Below, in pieces: positions 45,349 through 57,606 of a stretch of 64,000 nt of DNA. The notes below the pieces were generated by a model. That model saw only the letters and a list, made by a program, of their open reading frames with translations, ran no database searches and had not been told where the DNA came from. Where the stretch lies: contig NC_092677.1 of NCBI RefSeq assembly GCF_964355755.1, positions 332,101-396,100 of the forward strand, given 5' to 3'. This stretch comes from Antedon mediterranea (taxonomy: Eukaryota; Animalia; Echinodermata). The first letter of the stretch is position 1. Each line of letters starts with the position of its first letter. The translations under genes were made by a program, and so were the position numbers.

Positions 45349-47492
45349 ATGCCACCTAAAAAGAAAGGAAAAGGGAAGAAAAAGGGCAAGAAAAAGAAGG
45401 ATGGTAATGCCATTTAGTTGTTAATAATATAAGTTTGGATTATGTAACCCTATAAAAATATAGGTAGCCTAGTTATAGATAAAAGTAATACTGAACTAGG
45501 CTAGGCCTGGCTACTACTTACTAGGCTAGTCTACACTACAGTTAGTGTACTCTAGCTAGCACTAGAGTAGTACTACTATGCCTACTAGTACTAGCTAGGC
45601 AATAGTAGTCAGTAGTAGCAGTAGGCTACCTCCTACAGGTTTAGACTAGCTATGATTTACTACAGAATCGTTTTAGCATTAGATAGCCCAGTTTATAGCC
45701 TACCTTTGAGTATAAATTAAGTGTTAGGCAGGATCGAGACTAGAGAGGGGCCCAGCCAGCAGTGAGTTAAGCAACCAACCACCATCTTCCGACTCGCACA
45801 AATAAAATCATATTATAATTTATTAAATGTTAGGCCTAATTATTAATAATTTTTAATATGAATAACACAGTATTTGTTCTCATAATTTATTTATAGCCCT
45901 AACAAAAATTATGTTTAATTTTAGATGCTGAATTGTCCATTGAAGATAAGTACAAGAAAACATTACATGAAATAGAGGCGTTGAAGGATCACTTAGCAAA
46001 CAGGAAGGATTTAACACGAAGGTCACAAGTACACAGCGAAGAATGGAAGAACCGAATGCAATCAGCAGAAGAGGCTCTGTTGCAACACAAGTCAGACCAG
46101 CGAGATGTCACAACAGGTATTGATTAGATTTTATGTTCCAAATATCAGAGTGTTGTACATATTTTATTCATTTCCCCCCCACTATGTTTGTGAGCTTATC
46201 TCTTCATTTTAAACTGTGCTGGCTTGATATTCATTCAATCTCTGGTCCATAGAAAGTAAAATTATGTATAATTAAAAAATATAATAAATTAAAAAAATAT
46301 ACCGCACTATAATTTAAAAGATAAGGAAAACTTGCATCAGTGCCTGCTTAGTACAGATACAGCATCATGACTGTATTTACATTACTGATAGTTACTTCCA
46401 AATAATACATGGAGCTGTTGATGTCTATAGACAGTGTATTTCTTGAAAAATGTACATAAATATATTTAAATTTCTGACATAAAATAGATATGACAAGACA
46501 GTACAAGACAATGCAGACAGAGATGGCAATGAGAATTCACCAGTTGGAAGCTGAACTTGGCAAGGTTAACGTTCAACTAGGTAAAGATTGAGTTGAAAGA
46601 AACTAAATTAGAGAAAGAGAAAATAACTGAAGAGAAAGATCAAAAAATATAAATGAAATCAAATTCAGTACAGTAGAGAAATTGAATTGAATTCCTAAAA
46701 AAAAGTAGTGGAGCTATTAACTTGATGTTGTCTTCCAATTTCAAGTCAAGAGTCCAATCCTTAACTAGTGTTAGCCTAGTGTCAGTGTTAAACTCATGAC
46801 TCTTTCTACTCCACTCAGTCAAATGACATTTAACTTGTAAGCATGATAAATGATGGTTTACCCATCCTTTAATTGGTGAGTTTTTCGCTAAATCATATTT
46901 GTAAATTATTTTACATATAATTGTTAATGTTTCTTTCGCAGAGAGAACTCAGATTGAGTTGAAAGAAACTAAATTAGAAAAAGAGAAAATAACTGAAGAG
47001 AAAGATCAAAAGATATCGGAACTTGAGACTAAAATTGAAGGCATGGAGTTGGCATATGAGGGCGTGCTTCATGTAAGTTTTAGCAAATTGTAATTATTAG
47101 ATGGCTGATATTTTCTAACTACAGTATTACTCTTTGTACCATTGATAAATTCTCTTTATTTATTTTATGTTACCTTATTTATAGAGGTTGACCCTAATCA
47201 ATATGCCCTCATGATGAGTTATAATAAGTGTCCGTGTGTGACAGTGGCTGTGTGTATACTAGTACATCAGGTTCATAACTGGGTATTGTCTATAAAGTAA
47301 CTAGAATGAGCAATTATGTTCAAGTTGATTGAGTTAAGACTACTTTTTGTCTGTGTGTTTTAGGATGCTCTTGACAGCATGGTGGCCAAGTTGGATGTTG
47401 CTAAAAGCCGATGGAAGAACGAAGCAACACTTATACATGCAGAAAATAAGAGAAGACTTATTGAGTTTGGTCTCAATCCTCTTGACATCTAG
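45349..47492 (+). CDS. CCDC153: Coiled-coil domain-containing protein 153 (dynein regulatory complex protein 12)
   Basis: Exons 45349-45403 (MPPKKKGKGKKKGKKKKD), 45925-46116, 46488-46580 (DMTRQYKTMQTEM), 46942-47072 and 47364-47492 (ends KRRLIEFGLNPLDI*). The lysine-rich start, DMTRQYK motif and FGLNPL end are typical of the family. Confidence 0.88.
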
Positions 47493-48527
47493 TACAGTAC
47501 TTAATAATGGGTCTACTGCAAATTGGTGGTTGTTACATTTTTGTTTTCCAATCATCTAAACATGAATTTGGAACCTTTTGGACTTCAATAAAAGTGGTAT
47601 TGGGAGAGTTTCCGGTTTTAACAGAGTCAGGAATTAGGAGTTGTACCTAGTTTTCCATTTCTATACTATCTTGGTTGCTTTTTGATAACTAATATATTTA
47701 TGTAAATGACAATATTTATGTAAATGACAATATTTATAAATAAAAATAATTTTTTTAATGAAATTTATATAAATATGCATAGACAAATAATACATTTAGC
47801 TTTATGAGAAACCAAATTTGTAAATATTTGAGAAATATTATTATTATTATTATTATTTATTGCCAAAAACCAGTTACAAACAAACAAAACACAGAAACTA
47901 AGGGAGTAGGCAGGAACCTAAAAGTGAACCTAATCACTATAACAAGAGTTCAGGTTCCGTACTCCCAAAGTAACAACAATGATATAAAATAAACTATATA
48001 AAAATATAATAATAAAAATATAAGTGCAAACATATTGATTATATGTTGAAATCAATCGTGTGCCACATATACTGTTCATGTAAAAAATCTCTCACACACA
48101 CTCGGTACTAAGTGACTATTTTCTTATCAAAGCAAGCAAATAAAATGTAAAATAAAGTGCAGATAGAATGTGTATTGTCATAATATTAACATGTTTTGTT
48201 GTGTTAATTTACAGATGTTGATTTAAAAAAAAAACTATAAAAATAATCATAATCATAAATAGACATTTTAATACCCAAATGCATCGTTTAAAAAATACAA
48301 TATTTACAAAGTGTGCTATACAGTTGTGTTCATTATTTTGATACAATGAATTTACAAACAAGGTTTGCATAATATAACAAATTCAAGACTTTTCTAGTCC
48401 ACGAATACGAAAAATACATTTTGATAAACTTAACGTAAAATTGTATTGCTTTGTGCTATTTACAGCAGTTTAAAATATAAATCATCAAATATTAAATACA
48501 AAAAATACAATCCTGTCTTGAGGACAA

Positions 48528-48969
48528 ATAGCCACCTTTCCGTGGCTTAATACAAAACGTGTTCGTGTATAAGGCACAGTGTTCGGTGCAATAGCCACCT
48601 TTCCGTGGCTTAATACAAAACGTGTTCGTGTTTAAGGCACAGTGTTCGGTGCAATAGCCACCTTTCCGTGGCTTAATACAAAACGTGTTCGTGTTTAAGG
48701 CACTGTGTTCGGTGCAATAGCCACCTTTCCGTGACTTAATACAAAACGTGTTCGTGTTTAAGGCACAGTGTTCGGTGCAATAGCCACCTTTCCGTGGCTT
48801 AATACAAAACGTGTTCGTGTATAAGGCACAGTGTTCGGTGCAATAGCCACCTTTCCGTGGCTTAATACAAAACGTGTTCGTGTTTAAGGCACAGTGTTCG
48901 GTGCAATAGCCACCTTTCCGTGGCTTAATACAAAACGTGTTCGTGTTTAAGGCACAGTGTTCGGTGCAA
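48528..48969. repeat. Minisatellite, 63-bp unit x7
   Basis: ATAGCCACCTTTCCGTGGCTTAATACAAAACGTGTTCGTGTTTAAGGCACAGTGTTCGGTGCA repeated. It explains ORF 48492-49022. Confidence 0.96.
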
Positions 48970-49190
48970 AAGACAGTGTTGTAATGGTGTACAATAAGTA
49001 GATACCATATAAGAAATAACAATTCAAAAATCTGGTACTACTGTATATGTACTTATAAGGCACTTTTTTGTACTAGTTTTTAACACGGTATCTTTACTGA
49101 TACATCCAACATCCTCATTTATATTTTTTTTTACGTTCTCACAACTAAATCTATTGGCTTCCATTTTAATAAAGTTTGTCCATTCATGTT

Positions 49191-49298
49191 AAGCTTAGTT
49201 CCCACTATAGGACGCAACAAGGACGTAGACGCAAAGCAAACGTGTTGACCAATGACAAGCAATTGATAATCAAATCACTTAAGTTGCGTCTCTAGTGG
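49191..49298. mobile_element. Short MITE (Harbinger-like); related degenerate copies at about 4137-4285 and 51055-51203
   Basis: AAGCTTAGTTCCCACTA ... TAGTGGGAACCAAGCTT TIR with internal ACGCAA and TGACCAAT motifs shared across copies. Confidence 0.7.
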
Positions 49299-49835
49299 GA
49301 ACCAAGCTTTACTGATATCCTACGTTTATACAGCTTCGTACGTCATCTAATATTACCGCGCGGAGGGCTCTAAAAGTACCTCCACATATCTATATTACGT
49401 CATTCCATGTTACCGGGAAGAGGTTCTAAAGTATGTTCACACATCTAACATTATTACGTCATTCCATGTTACAAAGACAAAGAGGCTCTAAAGTTATGTT
49501 CACACTTTGTTGTTTGAACCGGATTTATACCACTCACATTTCATGAATGCACCGGGTAAGTGTGGACATAGTTTAAAGGCAAACTAGATACATTTGAGGT
49601 AGTTTGTTTATCGTCCATTTGTATATAAAATAGTCTATACTGTTTGATCATGGCAAGCTATAAAGCTCTGTCTACACTATCAAACTTTATGTGACAAAAA
49701 TGTGATGTGCCCATATATATGGACATGATAGCATACTATTTCCCCATATTTGGGCATATCACTACCATATTTTTGGCACATCACATTTTGTTGTCAAAAT
49801 AATTTGATCATGGCAAGCTGTGACATTGTTCATTA

Positions 49836-52258
49836 TTATTGCTGCTTTATAGTTTGATTCGATTCTTTTGTTTCGATTTTCTTTTGACTTCTGCTGTCAT
49901 TATTGTTAGCCTTCCTTCGACCAGAAGGATGACCCATAAACCCCCAGTCGAATGTTCCGCTCAGTTGCGTTGGAGACGGGTACGCAATACTCCCGCGTTC
50001 AAATGTCCTGTTGAGAGGCGTCGCTGGCGGGTACGCTATACTTCCTCGATCCTCACCACTAAAAAACGACCAAATATCACTCACAGATCTTTCAGTAAAC
50101 GCCTAAGAAAAGATGAAAGGAAGAGATAGATATGAGTAAATTATTAAGCAAATTTAACTTTTGCTGATACTAATCAAATAGATATTCCCTATGTAATAAT
50201 CAAATAAGATATCAGCTATCGTATTTTAAGCACAAGCTTACCGTAGAACAAGGATAACTGGTAACCGAACTGTTATCTTCTGCTGGGCTGGGAGGCGAAG
50301 GTACCACCGGATCGGGAGGCTGATTACCAGTATCTAATGACACATCGTTCCACATAAATTTCTTATTTAATCCCCTATGACAAAAAATAGCATACCCATT
50401 ATTTTTTTAAAAGTTCAGTTAGGGGCTAACGGCCCATTTACACTAGGACGATAACGATCGACGATAAATAAACATTTAACAAAAATAAACAAAAGAAGTT
50501 AGACAGGTTTTTGTTCTATATAACTATAGGATAACTCCCTTGTTGCACCTGAATGAATTTATTTGATTTGAAAAAAATAAAAATAAAAAAATAATTTAAA
50601 TTGAATAAAAACAATACTTACTTCTCTTCTACGCTATCGCATGATACACCTAAATGAAAGAGGAAACAAACTCATTAAACTCCTCACATTTAAATAGATG
50701 CATTAATTGACTATTGTTTATAGTACTTCATTATTATGTACACTCTCACGCAGTGTCACATAATGGGAAATTGAAACCTACCATCAGTAACGCTAGAACC
50801 TTTACTTCTTCTTTTCTTTCTTGAAATGTAAAAAAGAAAAACCACCAAAGCGACCACAATGAAGAAAGCGAGCACTAACAGCACAGCAATAAGAGCTGTA
50901 TTTGTACTATCATCTGAAATCGAAAAAACAAACATTGTTGAGAAAATAAAGTGGACAATAAAATGGAAAATTATAAGTATGTACCACCTCACCATAAATG
51001 ATTCAATCTCAAGAGAAATGATATTTATTTATAAACAATAAATAAATAAATCACTGCAACGCCCCGAGGACGTAATAAGCGCGACGGAAAATATTTGACC
51101 AATCACAACATCTGTGGATTGTGATTGGTCAACCCAACTTGCGTTGCGCGTACGCTGCGTTGCGCGTACACCCATTGCGTTGCGTAAAAGTGAGAACCAA
51201 ACTTAACTTCACGTACCGTTCACTACTAATTCAACATTAGATGTACTTGATTTTGGGACTAATTCCCTAATTGTCACATTACACGTGTAAATTCCAGCAT
51301 CCTCTAAATTTACATCTTTTATCTGTAAATTATTACTAGCCCCGTGACGTTTAAAACGATCCTTATATGGCTCAAAAACTGACGAATACGCATAGTTTAT
51401 TTCAAGAATTAGATCGCTTCCTTTCGAATTTACTTTTGACCAATAGATAAAGACATCTTGTGGCGTTGTCGTTGATTCATATGAGCACTCCAGGGAGACC
51501 GTTTCTCGAACGGTCGCTGTCGTAAAAGTCGGAGTCGTTACGGAGATCGACTGGGGAGCAACTGTCGAAGAGAAAAAAACATAATAATTATTAACATACA
51601 ATATAAACACTTCAGGTAAAATCATCAACTATCCTAAATAGATTTCCCAAGATAGTGAATGAATTAGTTGACACGGTCTATAAAGAACCCACAGCAAAGA
51701 TTCCGGGTAGTGCCTAAAAGTCAAGAACCTTGCGTCAACGTTTAACCTTTAGTTGGCGTAATAACAAATAGGCCACGAACCTCCGGGAAAAGTGTCATCA
51801 AAGTATCACGACGACGGTACCGTTAATGATTTATTATTTATAAAATTACCTACAATATTTACTTTGTTGCAGCGTATGTATTTTTATGTATTACGTCAAA
51901 TGTTTTCTTATGACGAGCATTGATATTAGTAAACTCTTAAAAGCGCGAATCACATGACACCCACACATTATTGGTAATCGCTTTTGCATCAAAACATTTT
52001 TTTGTAAATGTTTTATGAATGTATGATTAGGCTATAGCTATAAATCATGTATTGCACGTATCCAGCAGTTAACAACAGTCAGACGATTAACAGAATGAAT
52101 AACAATGATGAATGTAGTCAAGCCATCACCACAACAGCCTTGGAATAACAATGAAGTCATGAATCAATGACGATGCACAAAGTCGACTTACAGAACTCAA
52201 AATAAATTATCCTTCCGAAAACCAACAAGTATTCTACCAATAATAAATAAAAGAACAT
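49836..52258 (-). CDS. Unnamed type I membrane protein with one V-set Ig domain (MPZL/CAR-like architecture)
   Basis: Phase-consistent exons: 52192-52258 (MFFYLLLVEYLLVFG..., leader; alternative leader at 54617-54686), 51217-51561 (V-set: VSLECSY...IYW...YKDRF...LQIKDVNLEDAGIYTCNV), 50782-50913 (TM ALIAVLLVLAFFIVVALVVFLFYI then SRKKRRSK), 50622-50649, 50242-50374 (Pro-rich) and 49836-50102 (to TAA). Confidence 0.8.
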
Positions 52259-55200
52259 TCTATTGTTTATTTAAATAAAAGTTCCTTAATTTGTGAACAT
52301 TGACCTTTGATTCGATTAGTTCAACTTATCGACATACTCAGCATAAAAAATAAATATACTTTCTTGTAACTTAAATTCAGGTCTCTTTAATTGAAAAACA
52401 GTAATCATAACAATTATTAGGCAATATTATATTAATATATTAATTATTATTCATAATATTTGCTGTTAATTTATTAACACGTGATACGTTTATGTTACTT
52501 TGACGGCGCTCTTCTGCAGACGATCTTTGGGTTACTTCCGACCAATCAGAATGGTGCTTACAACCGTACGACGGCGCGCACTTAGACACTACACGGCATG
52601 GCTGCTGGATTTCTTACTTAGAGTTTTTGGACCATTTTAACTTCTAAAATGAATAGTAAATAGTAATTAATTTAATTATATAATATTAGTGACGAGTGTT
52701 ACTCAACTTTGTGATCAGTGAGGTCTTATTTTAAGACGGTAAGATAATGCTTTTATCTTATTTTTAAGCTAGGAAGGCTAGGCCTACCATACTCAAATTC
52801 AAAAAGAATTCGACATTACTAGTATGGCGCGCGGCAGGCTGGGTAGCCACTCTATTGACCGTGCATGCCTACACGTTTTCAGCTGTCATCACTTGGATCC
52901 GCTAACGTTTAGTTGTCGATTTTTACCTTTATATTATCTATCAATCAGTACATCAATGTGACTTAGTATGTCCTAATAATGTTATAGGCCTATAGTATAC
53001 AATAATAATAAACTATAATGTGTATATACCATAATAGAAGATTTCATACAATATTGTTGTTTCTAGGGAAGTCGTCGTGTTATGTAACTAATAAACGCAC
53101 ACAGACACAGGCCATCGTATAGTGTAAAAGGTTTTGACAGAGCACTTTCAGAAATAAATAGCATTGATTTTAAGTCGGACAATTAACTCTAACTATAGCC
53201 AAGGTTACTTTTGTCAATGATGAATATGTATTATTTTAATGTGTTGGGGTAGTATTTCGACTTCCTGGTACATATGAGCTATATTTAAGTTACGGTTCAA
53301 CCAACAATGTTGTTTTTGCCAATAATGTGTAACGGTTCTTGGAACATATTATTATTGGGGATAAATGTTCCATTTTCAGTGTGACGTCAATTATTAGAGT
53401 ATACCCCCTGCAGTGATTTAATGAGCAACAAACCTAAATTGTATATTATTTGTAAGGTAAAATATATAAACTTGAATGTACAACAATCACATAATTTTCA
53501 ACTAAAGAGGAATTTGTGTATTATTGTTTAAGGTGAAATATAAATAGAGGCATGGGGCGTTCATTGTGCTATGGTTTAGTGTCTGGCTGGTGGTGGTACA
53601 ACAATGAAAAAACAAAGAAGGATGTATCGCCGATTTTTCATGACTAGGCCGCGCCCCCTGCGCTCTCTCTCTGGTTTGCATTGCGCGCCCTGGTGCAACA
53701 CGCGCGCGCGTAAAGTGTAAAAAGAAATACACAATGTGAACGCGGCCTTGAATATGAAATTCATTCATATTTCCACACAGAAAAGTACAAAAACTCATTT
53801 GTTGCCATTATATTATTAAGTTTTGAAAATATGTAAATCGGATAACGATCTATGATTGTGTATATTTTTTATGCCGTAATTCAACCATAGCATTTAATTC
53901 GACAACAAACGAATCGTGTGAAAAACAAATTATTGTCTGGTGAGTCGGTACATCAAACTCTGATGACACAGTCTTCCCAAGGAGGTTTGATATCAAATTT
54001 AATTATTTACAAATTACTGTATTAAAAAATAAATACAATTATCCGCCATTGTGACGATCATTAATGTGAAAGGAATGACCGAGAATAGGCACATGTCCGA
54101 AAGTGATAAACTTGGAATAAAATTTAGTAAAAATGTGATGATATTGGTCAATTGTCCTAAGACACCACCGACCATATGTCTGTATTTCATTAATAAGCCT
54201 CTTCTTCTCCTTGTTAATGGTGACCTGGTCTACATTTACGTCCGTGACTGTTCATTGAACCCGCCCACAGCAGGGAGGAGTTCCACAGCCAATATATATC
54301 AATGGCAAATGTGAACACTGGGAATGAATGTACAATTATTAAACAGTGTTATAATATTTTAATAATAATAATATATAGCAGCACGTCTTAAATACAAATT
54401 CAAAGCAAGTTTGTATAATATCATCATTTGAACAGTTCAGCGAATAACGTGATGTTTTTATAGGCCTATTATATATACAGTGATGAATCATTATAGAAAT
54501 TGGTATTACCGTATTGAAAACACAGTGACCCGAACAATCTGATCTTTTTTAGGCCTACTTTAATATAGACCTTACTGTAAAATACTAATTATTGAATAGT
54601 ACGTAGGACCTCTTACCTGATATTGGTTGAATGATATACAATACAATATGAATAGATAGTGGTAGAACTCCACTGTATGTCTTCATATTGATCCGTGCCT
54701 TTATGTGGTAACGAGACATTTAAGCATTTACTTAGGTAGAGCCGGAAGCTGACTGGTATAAACGAATATTACAACAATCATGGCGCTGCTGGTGTAATTA
54801 ATCCAAGTCTTAAGCTTTCATTTTGTACAGATTGCTTTCTTCTTCTTGTGATGCATTCCAAGCGCGATCACAATTGTACACTAACCGATGTTTGTGGTGG
54901 TGGTTTTACCTTCCTATACGCTACTACAAATTAATCTTCTCAAACGTTCCGCACGACTGAACTCAGACAATCGCGATTAGACTTCAGGTAGGGCTTAACT
55001 ATACCTTGAGGGATCATCAATTTTGCAAAAAAATATCTATAAATTGAATATTTATGGTGTGTTTAAATGGTTATAATAGTTATTATCAATAAAAGAACCA
55101 ACACAAAGCGTACCTTTATAGACGTTTTATACGTTTTATATGTTAGGTACGTAACAATTATGATATCGATCCAGGATCTACGCCAAACCGTTTTGAAAAA

Positions 55201-55779
55201 TTATGTAGTTGAATATAAATGTATTCCGTGGTTATTTAACATTATTTTATTATTATTATTATTAAACAAATTTACGCACTGATCATTTTGGTTTTATCAA
55301 GGTTAATAGGACATTTATGATGTAATGATGAATTACGTAATACACGTATAAATAGACTATTATCCCACCAAATATCAAAACGTCAATATCATTATTTACT
55401 TTCCGAAAAAAGTTAAAGAATCATTATATATCTAAATATTATACTGCTTAGTTAATATGCTTATTATCATTATTTATACTCATATACTATTTATGTCTTA
55501 CACAAAATATTAGTTGTTGTTTATTATTGCAATCTTTAATCTATACTATATATAATGTATATATAGTATATACTATATATATACTGGAATTATAATTTAT
55601 GTATACATATTTTTTTTTTCATTTACCAATATCGGTAGTTATTTCATTTATAATTATCATGAAACTATTGAAATATAATTTAAATAATTTTTATAAAGAA
55701 GATGTTAGTTATGTTATTATACTGTAATTTTTTATCCTAAATTATATAATTATATATTCTAGGTTATTTTTATTTTTTT

Positions 55780-55952
55780 AGTAATGTGTTTTGTTATGGG
55801 TCCCTACGAGACAAGTTTTTAACTTCTAGAAGGGATCCATGATAATAATGACTACCAATTACTGCTTTATCTATGTTCACTTTAATATCTTTTTTCTATT
55901 TTGTATATATTCATTCATTATTATCTAAATAAATATTATCTGAATCTGAATC
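55780..55952 (+). mobile_element. Probable LINE 3' end inserted into a locally duplicated segment
   Basis: GGGTCCCT...AGGGATCC stem, AATAAA, then a TCTGAATCTGAATCTG tail. The stretch 55362-55951 is absent from the paralogous segment at 57603-57800. Confidence 0.5.
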
Positions 55953-55967
55953 TGTTCAGTCATGTTT

Positions 55968-56045
55968 CAGTTTGTGGTGCAACGGGTAATGTTCAGTTTT
56001 GAGTGGTATCAGCTGGGGTTCGAACCTCTACGGATATTTTTTTTA
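55968..56045 (+). pseudogene. Degenerate tRNA-like Pol III unit; related copies at about 57708-57787 and 57938-58032
   Basis: A-box-like TGGTGCAACGG, B box GGTTCGAACC and a T-run terminator are present, but the acceptor and anticodon stems pair poorly. Confidence 0.5.
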
Positions 56046-57360
56046 TGAATATTGGTTTTTTTTTAAAGAGAGATATTTGGAGGATTGAAAATGTCAGGCC
56101 AAGGCAAGTGGACCTTAAATCATAAACAAACGTGTATGGCATTCATTTTTCCATTAGACACCATAACACCCCGGAATGTTCCTCATTTTTTAGTACTCTT
56201 GGGTACGGTGGCTTCTTTTCAACGGATAAGCTTCTTTTCCACATGGGATTCTTTTCAAGATTACTTTTGTAAGGAGGGGAGTTTCTAGATTCCCGCCCGG
56301 AAAATTGTATCTTTACATGATTTGAATTTCTAATAAAGATTAACAAAATCAAAATTTAATTTTTAAATTTAATTTTGTGGTGTGTTCACCGCGTAGGACT
56401 AACAATACCATCTTCCCCATTACACTCATGTGCATAACAACGCAGGGCTTACCAAACTGTTTAAAATAGCTACAAGGTCCCCAGAAATGACACATAGTCT
56501 TTTGAAACATGATATATAAGAGTCTTCACTACCTCACCATGATTGGGGCTGAGCAAAGACAATTTTGAAAAAAATATTTATTGAAATATGAAATTAAATA
56601 TTAATTCTCCAGTTAATCTCACCATGGTTGGGGCAGAGCTAAGAATGAACGCTTGTCTTCGGAAATTATGAAACGAAATATAAAAGTTTTCAGGACCAGC
56701 CATGCACTATGGTGATTGTTTCCTAAGTGTGAGACATGCAATGCACGCGGCCGTGACGGTAATTCAAAAAAACAAAATTATGAAATACAAACAGAGCTAG
56801 CACACAAAAGCCTGCTAACTAATTTTAATATTTCTATAATTTAGAAAACAATTAGATTCATCATATCACCTTTGATAATTATAATGTTAAATTTCAACTA
56901 TCCAGATGCGAATTTTAGGTTGGGTTTAAAAAAAACTCGACTTCATATATGCTTCAATTTTGAAGATCTGCTTAAAACATATTTATTTATTTATTCTACC
57001 ATGAACTTTTATTCACAACAAAATATTAGTAGGCCTACAATACAATATCTTGCATGAAACGGATATTTAAAAGTACGCTATAATGTGTAACGGTAGAATT
57101 ATAATTCTAATGTAAAAGATTAACAAAATAAAAATTGAAGAGTGTTGTGTGTTGATCGCGAAAGACTAACAATACCATCTTTCCCACAGCACATGTGCAC
57201 ACTCATTTGCATAACAAACGCACGGCATACCAAACTACGATGAGATAAAATGAATTCTCTTCTAAAGAATTAATTCCCTTTTTTTACATTAAAGTAAATT
57301 GAGGGCGCTAAACATAAAATTTAAACCATCAAAGCAGTTGGCGAGAGCCAAAAAAAAAAA

Positions 57361-57606
57361 GATGGTAAATGTGCTCTCCCTGCCTCAGCACTAAGGCCCT
57401 GCCACAGCCTTTTGGGGTCGTTTCCACCACATCACCAGATGCATTGATGTTTTCGCCTCATGATGTGTGGTGGAAAGGGGGACGTTGATCTGTGAACCCC
57501 AAACACAGTGACTCGCATAGCCTTAACTCTATTCCACCGACCAGCGTGGGAATCGAACCCACGACATACGTGTGTTAACACGACGCTCAGACGACTGAGC
57601 TAACTG
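57361..57606 (-). mobile_element. tRNA-derived SINE or Pol III ncRNA
   Basis: On the - strand: TCAGTTAGCTCAGTCG (A box) ... GTGGGTTCGATTCCCAC (B box in a T-stem-loop), about 170 nt of unrelated body, then a T-run at 57351-57360. Confidence 0.7.

Noticed and set aside
48492-49022. 176-aa Cys/His-rich repeat ORF resembling a zinc-binding protein
   Set aside because: It is the reverse translation of a 63-bp minisatellite, with near-identical DNA units and no splice or codon evidence.
53183-53210. Resemblance to an rDNA homing-endonuclease target (TAACTAT...AAGGT)
   Set aside because: Only a short partial match, with no rRNA sequence around it.
53291-53950. Degenerate TA-flanked inverted-repeat element
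   Set aside because: The terminal match is too poor to call by eye.
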